DNA of 64,000 nt from Phyllobates terribilis (lineage: Eukaryota). The stretch is from contig NW_027362769.1 in NCBI RefSeq assembly GCF_046119375.1, positions 101,804,001 through 101,868,000 on the forward strand, written 5' to 3'. Positions 63,004-64,000 of this stretch are shown here, piece by piece. A program made the position numbers and the translations under genes. How positions within the stretch are numbered: position 1 is the first letter of the stretch; every line of letters starts with the position of its first letter. The notes under the pieces are model-generated. The model saw nothing but the letters and a program-made list of their open reading frames with translations. It did no database searches and was not told the origin of the DNA.

Positions 63004-63179
63004 CTATCGAAAAAAAAGCAAATAGATTGTAAAACAAAAGGATAAAGACCCTAAAAACAATAGTGCCATTGAGATGTTAAAAATAACAATAGCAAACATT
63101 GACCCTCATGGCACCCCACACAGTAATAGTGACCCCTTAGGTCCCCTTTACTGCCCCCATACAATAATAGGGAAGTAGT

Positions 63180-63482
63180 GTCCCTGCACAGTAATAGAGC
63201 CCACCCTCATGGCACCCTGCACAGTAATAGAGCCCACCCTCATGGCACCCTGCACAGTAATAGAGCCCACCCTCATGGCACCCTGCACAGTAATAGAGCC
63301 CACCCTCATGGCACCCTGTACAGTAATAGAGCCCACTGTCATGGCACCCTGCACAGTAATAGAGCCCACCGTCATGGCACCCTGCGCAGTAATAGAGCCC
63401 ACCCTCATGGTACCCTGCGCAGTAATAGAGCCCTCCCTCATGGCACCCTGCACAGTAATAGAGCCCACCATCATGGCACCCT
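63180..63482. repeat. 33-bp minisatellite, about 9 units
   Basis: Unit ATGGCACCCTGCACAGTAATAGAGCCCACCCTC. Confidence 0.95.
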
Positions 63483-63483
63483 G

Positions 63484-64000
63484 TGTAACATACCTGGCGG
63501 CGTCCTTGCATGGTGGTCCATCTCCCACTGTGCAAGAGAGCGCACTTGATCTCCTGTCCAGAATGTCTCTCTGGCTTCCCTCCATGCTGTCTGTTTGTGT
63601 CTGTCTCTGCTGCTTAAGGGCGGCGCCCGATCACTTCCTGCTCTTTGTACCTGCTGTGGGTCACGCCCCTTGTGCGTCCTCAGCCTATTGCTGTCTGACA
63701 CTTGGTATATAGCTCAGCAGCTCCCTTCTATCCCTGCCTGAGCATAGTGTTTTCCTTCAGTGTGTGTTTGCACTCTGAAGGTGCCAGGTCCCGTCTTTGT
63801 TTCCTTGTCTGCCTTTCCTGGAGGCTGTATTTCCAGGCCTGTCTGAACTGTGTCCTGTATGTCTCCTGCTTTGCGGTATTAGTTCCCGTGTCTGAACTAA
63901 GTCCTGTATGTCTCCTGCTTTGCGGTATTAGTTCCCGTGTCTGAACTGAGTCCTTTCTGTGTATCTTGTCTGTCCTGTCTGAACACGCTCCTTGCCTGTT
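63484..64000. mobile_element. Possible LTR running off the window end
   Basis: Begins TGTAACA after the minisatellite; composition shifts to a TC-rich tract with an internal ~46-bp duplication; second end not visible. Confidence 0.35.

Noticed and set aside
63137-63712. Cys-rich or repetitive ORFs (for example GGLYYCAGCHE repeats)
   Set aside because: Translation of the 33-bp minisatellite, open in several frames on both strands

Overview
Vertebrate genomic DNA, most likely a frog (inferred from the protein sequences and the Tc1, TTAA-MITE and minisatellite repeat landscape). Three spliced genes lie in the order I recall for human 2q31. PLEKHA3/FAPP1 is on the - strand, complete: 8 coding exons at 27222-9810, 300 aa. 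FKBP7 is on the + strand, complete: 4 coding exons at 34565-45671, 217 aa, ending in HDEL. PJVK/pejvakin (gasdermin family) is on the - strand: 5 coding exons at 63003-53925, with the first coding exon outside the window. All reconstructed introns are GT-AG and phases are consistent. The rest is transposon-rich: about 8 Tc1/mariner copies from several families, solo LTRs, L2/CR1 and Penelope-like remnants, hAT/Harbinger/TTAA-type MITEs and minisatellites. Best leads: (1) Three dispersed fragments (21.2, 35.8 and 48.3 kb) overlap and tile into a circularly permuted 330-nt unit. It carries a type I hammerhead ribozyme with an extended stem I and an internal snRNA-type promoter (octamer, SPH-like, PSE-like), the architecture of salamander satellite 2 / non-LTR retrozymes; the copy at 48342-48386 has a complete catalytic core. 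(2) A second, Penelope-type hammerhead lies about 1 kb downstream of the FKBP7 stop. (3) The pejvakin C-terminal Cys/His motif resembles the piggyBac transposase C-terminal cysteine-rich domain. (4) Two near-identical inverted Tc1 copies bracket the last three PJVK exons. (5) A Tc1 has captured a 527-bp copy of its own flank. No searches were run; family assignments and human comparisons come from recalled knowledge and need checking.
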